A program made the translations under genes and the position numbers. DNA of 64,000 nucleotides. It comes from a virus. Below are positions 48,031 to 57,815 of this stretch, one piece after another. The DNA lies in IMG/VR virus record IMGVR_UViG_3300017605_000087, positions 23,173 to 87,172 of that record. The stretch is one strand, 5' to 3'. Numbering within the stretch: the first letter of the stretch is position 1; each line of letters begins with the position of its first letter. The notes under the pieces were generated by a model. That model ran no database searches and had not been told where the DNA came from. It saw only the letters and a program-made list of their open reading frames with translations.

Positions 48031-48624
48031 ATGCCAGACGAGCAAAACAAACATGACAAGAAACCATTCACAGAGTATGACCAAAAGAAAGGTAAACTAC
48101 GTAAAGCTAGGTTTCACGAAATTATAAGTAAATTAACACTTATGGAAAGAGCAGAACTATCTGCTACATTAATGCCCGAAGTAAACATGCCAGGGCAAGT
48201 TGATATAAAAGGAGTACAGAAGTTTTGTAGGTCATTACAAAATCCTGAAATACCTTTCGCAAAGAGTAATAATGAGCCTAAACCAGTAACAAAGGTAACA
48301 GAGAAGCCAATACAAGAGAAAAAACCTCAAGTAAATGCTCCTATGTTAGCTTCTACAAAGTTGAAGGATTTAGGTAAATTACCAAACATAGCTCCGTCAG
48401 ACATAAAAGATTACAAGATTGAGCCAGAACAATTCGCAGAAGTAGAAATGACCGAACAATCATTTAGAGGATACTTTAACACGTTGGGAGAACAATTTGT
48501 ACAAGAGCATGACTTACATGTGGTAGGTGGAACATTCAAATATCTAGGAACTGTTGATAACGGTGTAGGTAAATTTAAAATGTTCAGACAAGTAAGTAAG
48601 ACTCTAGTTGAAGAACAAGTATAA
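48031..48624 (+). CDS. Hypothetical protein bracketed by imperfect inverted repeats
   Basis: ATG 48031 (MPDEQNK) 22 nt after TAACC leader. Confidence 0.65.
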   Translation: MPDEQNKHDKKPFTEYDQKKGKLRKARFHEIISKLTLMERAELSATLMPEVNMPGQVDIKGVQKFCRSLQNPEIPFAKSNNEPKPVTKVTEKPIQEKKPQVNAPMLASTKLKDLGKLPNIAPSDIKDYKIEPEQFAEVEMTEQSFRGYFNTLGEQFVQEHDLHVVGGTFKYLGTVDNGVGKFKMFRQVSKTLVEEQV

Positions 48625-48645
48625 TTTAAGATTGGTTGGTTAAAC

Positions 48646-48693
48646 GATGTAGTAAGAGAGTGAGGTAGTTATGTGCCTCACTTTCCCTACATC
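48646..48693 (+). terminator. Extended hairpin
   Basis: GATGTAG...GAGAGTGAGGTA-GTTATG-TGCCTCACTTTC...CTACATC. Confidence 0.55.
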
Positions 48694-48706
48694 AATATAT
48701 AAGGAT

Positions 48707-48958
48707 ATGATAAAGATAAAGAATTTAGAACTATTAGCTGAACTAGATACTACAAATCGAGAGATTTATCTTTTTATCGGCACTAATTCAATTGAAATGC
48801 AAGTAAAACATTATTATATTCCTATTGGTAGTAAAGAAAGAGTAGTGGAATGTTGTTTAACATATCCTGCGAATAGATTTAACCAAATTGACATGAAAGA
48901 TGCTTTAAAATGGGCAGATAATCAAATAAACGAATTAATTGCAATTAAAAACAACTAA
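48707..48958 (+). CDS. Hypothetical protein
   Basis: Start moved to ATG 48707, downstream of the hairpin. Confidence 0.55.
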   Translation: MIKIKNLELLAELDTTNREIYLFIGTNSIEMQVKHYYIPIGSKERVVECCLTYPANRFNQIDMKDALKWADNQINELIAIKNN

Positions 48959-48959
48959 T

Positions 48960-49283
48960 ATGATAAGCATATTAAGAACGGTAACACAAGATATTGTAAG
49001 AAAAAAGAAAGAAGAAAAGAACTATAATAAGATACCAGTTAAATCACATTATTTATCGGGTTCTTTATTCATTCAAGAGAAACTAAAAGACTTAGCGAAG
49101 AATGTACACGATGATGTTGTTCCGTTAATTGAAAGAGAAGATGTAGTAGGATATGTTGAAAAAAGTGGTAAAGTAAAAATCACTTATGAAGATGAAGCTA
49201 CATTAGAAATAAAATTTGGTTCACCAAGAAACCAATACCTATACAGACAAGGTAAAGAAATTTTATTTAATGAAGAAGCATGA
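48960..49283 (+). CDS. Hypothetical protein
   Basis: ATG 48960, 1 nt after upstream stop. Confidence 0.55.
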   Translation: MISILRTVTQDIVRKKKEEKNYNKIPVKSHYLSGSLFIQEKLKDLAKNVHDDVVPLIEREDVVGYVEKSGKVKITYEDEATLEIKFGSPRNQYLYRQGKEILFNEEA

Positions 49284-49740
49284 TAAGTATGAGCAAAATC
49301 CATTCTTAGTTGACTTACAAATAAGTGAGAAATCAGAACTAAAAAAGATAATAGATTCAGGTGCAAAAATAGTAGATAAAGGACATGAAGTAGATTTAAA
49401 AGTTGTATATGCTAGTGAGAAGATTAGAGAAAGAGCTAGATTCTTAAAAGTATATGATAATGATTTAAGTTACTTAATAAATCTAACTAAACCCGGACTA
49501 ATAATGTTTGTATATCTCTGCAAACAACTAAGAGTAAATAAAGATAGAGTTTTACTAAACTCTGATGATGCACACGAAAAGTATCATATATCAATTAGAA
49601 ATGCTAAAGAAGGTATATTAAATCTAATTGATAACAGTATAATAGCTAGAACAAATGATACTAATATATATTTTCTTAATCCTAAATTAATATATAGAGG
49701 AGAAAGAAGATTTTTGTTACACCCAGATAATCAATATTGA
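49270..49740 (+). CDS. repL: RepL-like replication initiator / wHTH protein
   Basis: YEQNPF, FLKVY, LTKPGLIMFVYL and IIART...YFLNPKLIYRGER; ATG 49270. Confidence 0.7.
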   Translation: MKKHDKYEQNPFLVDLQISEKSELKKIIDSGAKIVDKGHEVDLKVVYASEKIRERARFLKVYDNDLSYLINLTKPGLIMFVYLCKQLRVNKDRVLLNSDDAHEKYHISIRNAKEGILNLIDNSIIARTNDTNIYFLNPKLIYRGERRFLLHPDNQY

Positions 49741-49741
49741 T

Positions 49742-49966
49742 ATGTGGCCCAAATGTGATAAATGTGGTAAATACCATACAGAAACGAAAACATGTGACGA
49801 AATAGAAGATATGGTTGAAGGTTTAACAATGATTGTTGAATTAACTAAATCTGGATATGCTGGAACATTACCAAATGGTAATATAGTTGATAGAAGAGAA
49901 CATCCTGAAGCATATCCTATGGCTGAAAATCCAATGCTAGGAATAGCTAAACCAAAAGATGTATAA
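49742..49966 (+). CDS. Small zinc-ribbon hypothetical protein
   Basis: CDKCGKYH...C; SGYAGTLPNGNIVDRR. Confidence 0.6.
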   Translation: MWPKCDKCGKYHTETKTCDEIEDMVEGLTMIVELTKSGYAGTLPNGNIVDRREHPEAYPMAENPMLGIAKPKDV

Positions 49967-50528
49967 GAGTAGAGCAAGAGGATATGGACAAATGAATGAG
50001 TTTGTACATTCTATGAAAACATTATTAGAAAATAATCCTAAGAATGGTGTTTTTGTTCCTACAACTAAATATCCAAAAGAAACATTAGAATGGTTAGAAA
50101 GATTAGGATTAAAAGCTAAAGCTGAACCAAGTTATGCAACAACCAACTCAAAACCAATATGTAATTGGCGAGGTGGTCTAATAGGATTTACTAAATCAAG
50201 TAAAAAATTAACAGGTTACATATTTTATAAAATGAAAGATACAGCAGTTATATTAATAGAAAAAGAAAGAAACGAACAACAAACTAAACATGGCAAAACT
50301 ACTAAGATAGATGTCATAGAAAATCCTAATGGAGAATTAATACAAGGAGCAAAAGCTATTATTGATGGAGATTTAATGGCTTTTCCAAGTAATTGGAAAG
50401 CAACCTTTGTTAATAAAATGGTAAACAAACCATTAAAAGAAAGATTAGTTATCGCAGCAGCATTATTAGCTGCTGAAATTGATAGACTACAATATCTTGA
50501 AGATAATACAAATCAAGACACTTTATGA
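49959..50528 (+). CDS. Two-domain hypothetical protein
   Basis: C-terminal ERxxQxxKHG...RLVIAAALLAAEIDRL phage domain starts at in-frame ATG 50232. Confidence 0.6.
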   Translation: MYKSRARGYGQMNEFVHSMKTLLENNPKNGVFVPTTKYPKETLEWLERLGLKAKAEPSYATTNSKPICNWRGGLIGFTKSSKKLTGYIFYKMKDTAVILIEKERNEQQTKHGKTTKIDVIENPNGELIQGAKAIIDGDLMAFPSNWKATFVNKMVNKPLKERLVIAAALLAAEIDRLQYLEDNTNQDTL

Positions 50529-50743
50529 TAGAAGAAGGAGATGCAATAAATGATTGCTACATGAGTGGAATTGGAGAGTTATCCGACATAGGATGTCCAG
50601 GAGAAATAGAACATATAGGTGAAGATTATGTAATAGTAAGAAATAGATTTACTAATAAACCTATATTCGTAAATAAATCAAGAGAAGAATTTGAGCAATT
50701 TTTAGCAAATACGAATAATGACACACATCGAGATAACACCTAA
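50525..50743 (+). CDS. Hypothetical protein
   Basis: 72 aa, ATGA overlap. Confidence 0.55.
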   Translation: MIEEGDAINDCYMSGIGELSDIGCPGEIEHIGEDYVIVRNRFTNKPIFVNKSREEFEQFLANTNNDTHRDNT

Positions 50744-52139
50744 TGAGAACCAAGAACTAGCATTAAAGTTCTTAGTAAATTGGATAAATAATAACCATAA
50801 AGAAATTGAATTACCAGAAGATACTAGAATAACAATAGATTGGGCAAATAAGTTGTTTATGACACTTGTTGGTTCAGCAGGAACAGGTAAAACAACAGTA
50901 TTAAAATGGTTGTTAGAATTAATTGATAATAGTAAAACAAGAAGGATAGTTGTAACAGCTCCTACTCATAAAGCAAAAAGTGTAGCTGAAAGAGTAACAG
51001 GATTAATGGGTCAAACTATTCAAAAATTATTAGGATTAAGACCTAATACAGACTTAGAAGAATTTAATATTGATAATGTTTTATTTGATCCAATTGGAAC
51101 AAGTGAAATAGCAAATTGTGATTTAGTTATTGTTGATGAATGTAGTATGATAAATGAAGATTTACATAAGTACATTACAGATCAAGCGGCTAGATATAAA
51201 GTAAAAGTATTATTTGTAGGTGATGAGTTACAACTTCCACCAGTAAAAGAAATATTATCAAATACATTTAAAAATACCAACTGTGTAAGATTAACTCATA
51301 TTATGAGGCAATCTAATACTAATCCAATGAATGAATTGTTACACAGGTTGAGAGAAGATATAATGAATCCACATCAAAATTCATTTGCTGAATACTTGAG
51401 AGATAATCCAGTAGCATATAATGAGGATGGTGAAGGTTATGAAATGGTTAGAGATGAATCCATAATGAGAGATAAAATGGATGTTATTTTTAACTCTGAA
51501 AGATTTGCAGAAGCAAAAGATTTAATAAAACTATGTGCATGGACTAATGCAGCAGTTGGAACAGCTAATGGAACTATTCGTAAAATGATTTACAAAGATA
51601 GAGCTGTACAACAATTAGTATTAGGAGAAGTATTAATGAGTTATAAAAGTATATCTGATGGAGATGGTGATGTTATATTAGCAAATTCAGAGGATTACAT
51701 AGTAGCTGATTTAATGCCAGCCCAAAACTTTTATGATATACCTTGTCTAAGAGTAAATTTAACAAGAGGAGTAGGAGGATTTAAACAACCACCTATATAT
51801 ATTGTTGATAGAAATAGCTATGCTGAGTATAAAGAGAAAGCAGGTAAATTCTTAAAGGATGCTAAACTAAAGAAAGCATGGAAAGCATATTTTACATTCG
51901 CAGATAATAGTCTAACAATGGAACCATTGAAGATTAGAGTAATGAACAATGAGAATGTTAATCCTAAATCAATAGATTATGGATATGCTTTAACAGTTCA
52001 CAAAACACAAGGTAGTACATACGAAACAATAGTTGTTAATGCCAGAGATATAGCAAAGAACAGAGATGTAGTTGAAAGACGAAAACTTATGTATGTTGCA
52101 ATATCCAGAGCAAGTAAAAACGCTTTAATATTTGTATAA
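50718..52139 (+). CDS. SF1B (Dda/RecD-like) DNA helicase
   Basis: GSAGTGKT, APTHKA, DECSM, GDELQLPPV, YALTVHKTQGSTY, YVAISRA. Confidence 0.92.
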   Translation: MTHIEITPNENQELALKFLVNWINNNHKEIELPEDTRITIDWANKLFMTLVGSAGTGKTTVLKWLLELIDNSKTRRIVVTAPTHKAKSVAERVTGLMGQTIQKLLGLRPNTDLEEFNIDNVLFDPIGTSEIANCDLVIVDECSMINEDLHKYITDQAARYKVKVLFVGDELQLPPVKEILSNTFKNTNCVRLTHIMRQSNTNPMNELLHRLREDIMNPHQNSFAEYLRDNPVAYNEDGEGYEMVRDESIMRDKMDVIFNSERFAEAKDLIKLCAWTNAAVGTANGTIRKMIYKDRAVQQLVLGEVLMSYKSISDGDGDVILANSEDYIVADLMPAQNFYDIPCLRVNLTRGVGGFKQPPIYIVDRNSYAEYKEKAGKFLKDAKLKKAWKAYFTFADNSLTMEPLKIRVMNNENVNPKSIDYGYALTVHKTQGSTYETIVVNARDIAKNRDVVERRKLMYVAISRASKNALIFV

Positions 52140-52237
52140 TGACATTCTATAATGTAGCATGGACAATCCTAATAGGTGCTGGTGTATTATGGGTAGCATA
52201 TACATATTTTAATAATAAAGAAGACGAAGAATGGTAA
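52139..52237 (+). CDS. Small membrane peptide (32 aa)
   Basis: MTFYNVAWTILIGAGVLWVAYTYFNNKEDEEW; overlaps helicase stop and polA start. Confidence 0.5.
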   Translation: MTFYNVAWTILIGAGVLWVAYTYFNNKEDEEW

Positions 52238-54741
52238 TATTCGGTACTGACAAAGATTATAACTTCAATGGTGAAGATATAAAGACATCAACATTCGATA
52301 AGGTATTAGCACATTTAGATAATTTTATATCTAATAAAGTAGATTTTAAAGAAGATATTGTACTAGGTATCGACTTAGAAACTACTGGGCTAGACCCGTA
52401 TGTTAATGACCCACTATTAGTAGCCATTGGAGTTCTTGATCGACAATATGTATTCGATGTTACGAACAAAGAGAATGGCTACAAATTAGGAAAACTAATT
52501 GAGAAGTGGGATAGGATTATAAAGTGGTTAGGACAAAACTTGAAGTTTGATAACTGTATGTTGTTAGTAAATTTGTTGTGTAGATTACAGAAGATGTATG
52601 ATATAATGATAGCTGAACAACGTATATATCAAAATATGGATTACAGTTATGGTTTTGAATCAATTCTGTTAAGACATACAGGACAAGAATTTCAAGTAGA
52701 TAAAAAGACAAGATTAGAGTTTATTGGAGTAAATCCACAAACACACAGATTTACAGAAAAACAAATAAGATATTCAGCATTTGATATAAAGAACTTATTT
52801 CCTATATATGACAGTCAATGTAAGTTGATTGATAAATATAAGCTACATTTTCTGTTAAGTGAGAAGATGGAGTTTGGATTAATCAATGTATTAAGTGATG
52901 CTGAATTAGAAGGATTTTACTTGAATGAAGAACAATGGAGAGATAACATTGCAAAGAATGAAGAGTTAGAATTTATAACTCAAGTAAAATTAGATGAAGA
53001 AATCAGAAAATTAAGAGATAATTTATTAGAGGGTGAAGAACGTTTAAGTTTGGTTGGTGGAATGTATGACCAAATAAGACGTAAACATCCTAAAATAATA
53101 TCTACTGATTTATTTGGTGGAAAAGTAACCTTTGCAGATATGCAAGGAGGAAAAGGAAAGAAACGTAAGAAGGTAAAAATTAATACGAATAATCCTAATT
53201 ATAGTAGTCCAACACAGATGGTAAGATTGTTTGGTAATTTGAAACAATTAATGCCTACTAAGTATGGACGATACGAAATCCCTGTATTAAAACTTGTGAA
53301 AACTAAACAAGGTGGTACGAAGATTAAGATAATGAATAAAGAGATGGAGTTCTCAACTAAAAAAGAATACTTAGAACAGTATATCCTAAAGTTCTCGACT
53401 TCCGCTATGGTAGAGTTTGTTAAACAATTAATTGTTTATAGAAAAACGAATAAGAAGATAGACAGCTTTGGAGAGAACTTCATTTTGAATTATACTAATC
53501 CAGTAACAGGTAAAATACATACTATATTTAGACAATGTTCAGAAACTAAAGGTGATGATACAGAAGGTAAATCACCTATCAATGGAAGATTAAGCTCTGG
53601 AGATACAAGTAGAGGAAGACCTAATATGCAAAATATACCAAGAGAAAAGGAGTATAGGACTGCATTTTTTGTTGACCCTAAGTATAGTGTAATAACATGT
53701 GATTTAGGTGGAGCAGAAATTACCACAATGACAGCTAAAAGTCAAGATGAGAAACTTCTTAGATATGTTAATGAAGGTATATTTCACGATTATGCTGCAA
53801 CACATGGATGGAGAAGAATTTTCAATTTAAGAGCTAATACATTAAAAGAATTTACAGCTTTAATAGGACAATCTCATAAAGAAGAATATAGAGATTTAAT
53901 GGATAAAGTTGCAAACTTTGTAGTAGATAAAAAGAACAATCCTGATTTAAGACAAATTGGTAAAAACATGCACTTTGGTATATTCTATGGACTACATGAA
54001 AAAAAAGGTAGTGAAACATTGAATATTACTAGAGAAGAAGCTAAAGTTTATATTGATTTTATTAGACAAGCCTTTCCTAAAACCATAAAGAAACTACAAA
54101 GTTACGAATATTTTGCTATTGATAATGGTTATCTTATAATAGACGAAAGAACTAATGCAAGAATTTGGTTCCCAAGGATTGTAAGAAATATTAGACATAA
54201 TATTGAAGTAGCAAATAGAAACAAACAGAATCCTCATAAACATTTACATGAACAATATACTGAAATAGAGTTCATGGAGAAAATAGAAATAGGAGGACAA
54301 GCAAGAAATATACCTATTAGTGGTACACAAGCTAATATGCTTAAAGAGTCAATGGTTGAGATATATGATTATATTAAAAAACATGGATTAGATTGTAAGA
54401 TATTATTACAAGTTCACGATGAATTAGTAGTAAGATGTCCAAAGAATATGGATGGGCAATCTGATGAATGGAATGAAGACCCAAAATATGTATATTTCAA
54501 ATTAGATAACCCAATTGATATTAAGGATGATGATATGAGAGAGTATTATGGTTGGGATAAATATGACATAGATGTTAGTAAAGATGTAAGAAGTCTAACT
54601 ATTCACGATGGTAAACTATATGGTTTTCATGTAGATTTTCCAAAGTTTGTAGCATTAACAATGTGTGAAGTGGCAAATAGGTATTTAAACGGTTTTAAAA
54701 TGAGAGCAGATTATCATGTCGCAGATACATGGACAAAATAG
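52231..54741 (+). CDS. polA: Family A DNA polymerase with 3'-5' exonuclease
   Basis: DLETTGL, NLKFD, YSAFD exonuclease motifs; NGRLSS...PNMQNIP; CDLGGAEI; RQIGKNMHFGIFYG; QVHDEL. Confidence 0.93.
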   Translation: MVIFGTDKDYNFNGEDIKTSTFDKVLAHLDNFISNKVDFKEDIVLGIDLETTGLDPYVNDPLLVAIGVLDRQYVFDVTNKENGYKLGKLIEKWDRIIKWLGQNLKFDNCMLLVNLLCRLQKMYDIMIAEQRIYQNMDYSYGFESILLRHTGQEFQVDKKTRLEFIGVNPQTHRFTEKQIRYSAFDIKNLFPIYDSQCKLIDKYKLHFLLSEKMEFGLINVLSDAELEGFYLNEEQWRDNIAKNEELEFITQVKLDEEIRKLRDNLLEGEERLSLVGGMYDQIRRKHPKIISTDLFGGKVTFADMQGGKGKKRKKVKINTNNPNYSSPTQMVRLFGNLKQLMPTKYGRYEIPVLKLVKTKQGGTKIKIMNKEMEFSTKKEYLEQYILKFSTSAMVEFVKQLIVYRKTNKKIDSFGENFILNYTNPVTGKIHTIFRQCSETKGDDTEGKSPINGRLSSGDTSRGRPNMQNIPREKEYRTAFFVDPKYSVITCDLGGAEITTMTAKSQDEKLLRYVNEGIFHDYAATHGWRRIFNLRANTLKEFTALIGQSHKEEYRDLMDKVANFVVDKKNNPDLRQIGKNMHFGIFYGLHEKKGSETLNITREEAKVYIDFIRQAFPKTIKKLQSYEYFAIDNGYLIIDERTNARIWFPRIVRNIRHNIEVANRNKQNPHKHLHEQYTEIEFMEKIEIGGQARNIPISGTQANMLKESMVEIYDYIKKHGLDCKILLQVHDELVVRCPKNMDGQSDEWNEDPKYVYFKLDNPIDIKDDDMREYYGWDKYDIDVSKDVRSLTIHDGKLYGFHVDFPKFVALTMCEVANRYLNGFKMRADYHVADTWTK

Positions 54742-55048
54742 TAAAGAATGGTCTGGAGATAGTCCCGGAGTAGGTGGAAAATCATTTACTTTAGAATTAA
54801 GTGAAAAATGGTTTTCTGATAACATATTCAAACCTATTCTTCCTAAGTATAAAAATGACTACCGAAGAAAACCATTAATAATGTATTGTGGATATAAAAC
54901 TATGGTAGAAATATTAGGAATGAAGAAGAAGACTTTGAGTAATAAGCAATCTTTAATAGTATTCAAACTAAAATATGAAAAGAGAAGAATTAACGCCAGA
55001 AATAATGCAACAACTCCCGTTAGAAGGAAGACAATATCTTCATTATAA
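54716..55048 (+). CDS. Hypothetical protein (start uncertain)
   Basis: Fills gap after polA but overlaps both neighbours. Confidence 0.35.
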   Translation: MSQIHGQNSKEWSGDSPGVGGKSFTLELSEKWFSDNIFKPILPKYKNDYRRKPLIMYCGYKTMVEILGMKKKTLSNKQSLIVFKLKYEKRRINARNNATTPVRRKTISSL

Positions 55049-55229
55049 AGGAGGATATTATAGTATCTTATGTATAGCAGAGCATACAGAAACAAAGGAG
55101 TTAATGGTTGTATATCAATCAGATTTCTTTCATACTTGTCATGTAAGATCATTGGGAGAGTGGTTAAAGAAAACAGAAGATAAGAAAGAAAGATTTGTAC
55201 TTCAAGATGAAGCACCGGCAAGTCAATAA
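54975..55229 (+). CDS. DUF1653-like protein
   Basis: YLHYKGGYY...AEHTETKELMVVY...VRSL...ERF. Confidence 0.8.
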   Translation: MKREELTPEIMQQLPLEGRQYLHYKGGYYSILCIAEHTETKELMVVYQSDFFHTCHVRSLGEWLKKTEDKKERFVLQDEAPASQ

Positions 55230-55230
55230 A

Positions 55231-55521
55231 ATGAAAAAAGATGAGCTTGTAGGAATTGATTTAGATGATAAGGGAATGTGCGCTTATTGTTGTAAGATCG
55301 AAAGATGTACAAGAGATCATTTTTATCCTAAAAGTAAAGGAGGAAGATTAACAGTTCCAGCATGTGAGATATGTCAGAGAACTAAAGGAGCTAAGATGCC
55401 ACGACATTGGATTTCTTACCTCGAAAAACATCCTTTAATTGATAAGGAAAGATTAAAGATTTTGAAGGATAATGTATATAATATTGAAATATTTATAAGA
55501 AATAATCCACATTTAAACTAA
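55231..55521 (+). CDS. HNH endonuclease
   Basis: CAYC...TRDHFYPKSKGG...VPACEICQRTKG. Confidence 0.8.
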   Translation: MKKDELVGIDLDDKGMCAYCCKIERCTRDHFYPKSKGGRLTVPACEICQRTKGAKMPRHWISYLEKHPLIDKERLKILKDNVYNIEIFIRNNPHLN

Positions 55522-55525
55522 GAAG

Positions 55526-56287
55526 ATGAAATTAACACTAAGAGAGTTCCTATTAATAGCTGGATTAGTTATATTAGGAGTAGTATTATTAACTAGAGAA
55601 TCTTGTAATAGAGCAAAACTAAGTGAAAAAGAAAATATAAACTTAGCGTTACAAGATAAAGTCCAATATGGTGTAAACAAGTTTGGAGATTATGCTAGTA
55701 GAATGATTATTATGTCAGATAAAATAGATGATTTAACATCTATTAATGCTGGAAATGATAGCACTCTCTTTATGTTACAACAACAATTGAAATATTTCGA
55801 TAAGAAATTAAAAGGTGGTGATAATGTAACTGTGTTTTATGATAGTTCACATGTTCATAGCACTACAAATAACTACTATGTAAATGGAGATAGTAGTACA
55901 AGAATAAGTAAATTCCAAGACAAATGGATTAATTATACAATAACAAGTAAAAAGGATAGTACAACATTAGATTTACATACTACTGATGGATATTCAGTAG
56001 CTATATTACATGAAAGAAGAAAACTATTTAAAAAGTTTAACAACAAAGGAGATTCTATATTCTTTAAGAAAATGGTTCCTGTTGCTGTTGTTACTTCATT
56101 CAGTCCATATAGTAGTGTAAAAGATGTAAGAAGTTATTCTGTAACAATTCCTAAAATTCCTAAATGGGGGTTAAGTCTTCAAGGAGGAGTAGGAATGGTT
56201 GCAACATTTAACGGACAAGTATATCCCGGAGTACATTTAGGAATAGGTGTACACTATATTTTAATACCATTTGGTAAAACCAGATAA
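55526..56287 (+). CDS. Membrane-anchored spanin-like protein
   Basis: N-terminal TM/lipobox-like (ESC), coiled coil, C-terminal amphipathic beta segment WGLSLQGGVG...HLGIGVHY. Confidence 0.5.
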   Translation: MKLTLREFLLIAGLVILGVVLLTRESCNRAKLSEKENINLALQDKVQYGVNKFGDYASRMIIMSDKIDDLTSINAGNDSTLFMLQQQLKYFDKKLKGGDNVTVFYDSSHVHSTTNNYYVNGDSSTRISKFQDKWINYTITSKKDSTTLDLHTTDGYSVAILHERRKLFKKFNNKGDSIFFKKMVPVAVVTSFSPYSSVKDVRSYSVTIPKIPKWGLSLQGGVGMVATFNGQVYPGVHLGIGVHYILIPFGKTR

Positions 56288-56288
56288 T

Positions 56289-57815
56289 ATGATTGACCAA
56301 AGTAAACTAGAACGTCAAAAAGAAGGAGCTAGAAAATGGAAAGAAAATCAAGGTAGAGGTACATTATGTTATCCAACAGGTTTTGGTAAAACTAAAACAG
56401 GTCAATTAATATATGAACCTTTCCTTGATTTTAACAAAGACAAAGACTATACAGTTGCTATTGCTGTAACATCTACTGCTATTAAAGATCAGTGGGTAGA
56501 ACAAGTAAAAGAAGAACATAAGTCAAGATTATTTGTTTATACGGCAGATGAATTACTAAGTAAAGTTATTCATACCACCCTATTAATAATAGATGAAATT
56601 GATATGTTTTTATCTACTGAACGATTTAAAATAATAGATGGAACACAAGTTAAATGGAAGTATGGATTAGGATTAACTGCTAACTGGGAGGATAGACATA
56701 AAAGACATGAAAGATTAGGAGAGTTCATGCCATTAGTAGATCACATAAGTGAGAAGGAAGCATTAAAGAATAAATGGATTTCACAATTTATTGAATATAA
56801 TATTGGAGTAGATTTTGATAACAGTTATATTTATAGAACTGAACATATCAAACATTCAGACGGTACAGCAGAAGACTTACCAATGACTAGAGAGGAATAT
56901 TATCATTATATTTCAGGTGAAATTCAAAGGTATAATGCTAAGTTTGGGGCTAATGGAATGGCAATGGCTAAAAGAGTTCTTAATGGATTCAAAGGAAACC
57001 ATCCAGAAACAGGTCAATATGTAGATATTCCAAATATTGCTTATGCAAGAAAAGTAGCTATTAATAATGGATGGCATAGTAATTTAGATTTAACTGATGA
57101 AGCGGATGAACAAATAGATAATGAGTGGAATCCTAATAAAGTAATAGGATATGCAAAAAATCTATTCAATTATGTAAGATTAAGAAAACAGTATTTATAT
57201 GATGCTGTTGAGAAACTACCAATAGGAAAGGCAATATTAGATAAATTTCCTAATGCAAAAGCAATAGCATTTGCAGAAAGTACAGAATTTGCAGATAAAT
57301 TTGCAGAGTATATTAATAAAGGGCAACCTAAACCTATATGTACTGTATATCATAGTAATATAGAATCAAGACCATTAATAGACCCTGCAACTGGAGATTA
57401 TTTTAAATATAGTAGTGGTAAGAAAAAAGGACAACCAAAGATATTTGGTGCTAAGACTTTAAAAGCTGCTGCTATAAACGCAATAAAAAGTGGTGATGTT
57501 AGATGTATTTCAACTGCAAGAGCATTAGATAGAGGTTTTAATGTACCAAGTATTAATCTAGTAGTTGCAAACAGTAGAAATAGTAATTTCCAACAACATC
57601 AACAAAGAGGAGGAAGAGCTAAAAGAGTTAATCCTCTTGCAGAAGATGAAATAGTAATTATCGTAAACATTTATATACGATATACAAAAGAAGAAGAATG
57701 GTTAAAGGAAGCACAGAGCAGAAATGAGAGTGCTACCTATTGGGTGAATACTGTCGAGCAAATAGATTATACGCCCAAAGAGAAATATGAATTTAATAAT
57801 GAGTTATTTTTATGA
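56289..57815 (+). CDS. SF2 DExD helicase
   Basis: PTGFGKT, IIDEID, GLTA, ALDRGFNVP, QQRGGR. Confidence 0.88.
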   Translation: MIDQSKLERQKEGARKWKENQGRGTLCYPTGFGKTKTGQLIYEPFLDFNKDKDYTVAIAVTSTAIKDQWVEQVKEEHKSRLFVYTADELLSKVIHTTLLIIDEIDMFLSTERFKIIDGTQVKWKYGLGLTANWEDRHKRHERLGEFMPLVDHISEKEALKNKWISQFIEYNIGVDFDNSYIYRTEHIKHSDGTAEDLPMTREEYYHYISGEIQRYNAKFGANGMAMAKRVLNGFKGNHPETGQYVDIPNIAYARKVAINNGWHSNLDLTDEADEQIDNEWNPNKVIGYAKNLFNYVRLRKQYLYDAVEKLPIGKAILDKFPNAKAIAFAESTEFADKFAEYINKGQPKPICTVYHSNIESRPLIDPATGDYFKYSSGKKKGQPKIFGAKTLKAAAINAIKSGDVRCISTARALDRGFNVPSINLVVANSRNSNFQQHQQRGGRAKRVNPLAEDEIVIIVNIYIRYTKEEEWLKEAQSRNESATYWVNTVEQIDYTPKEKYEFNNELFL

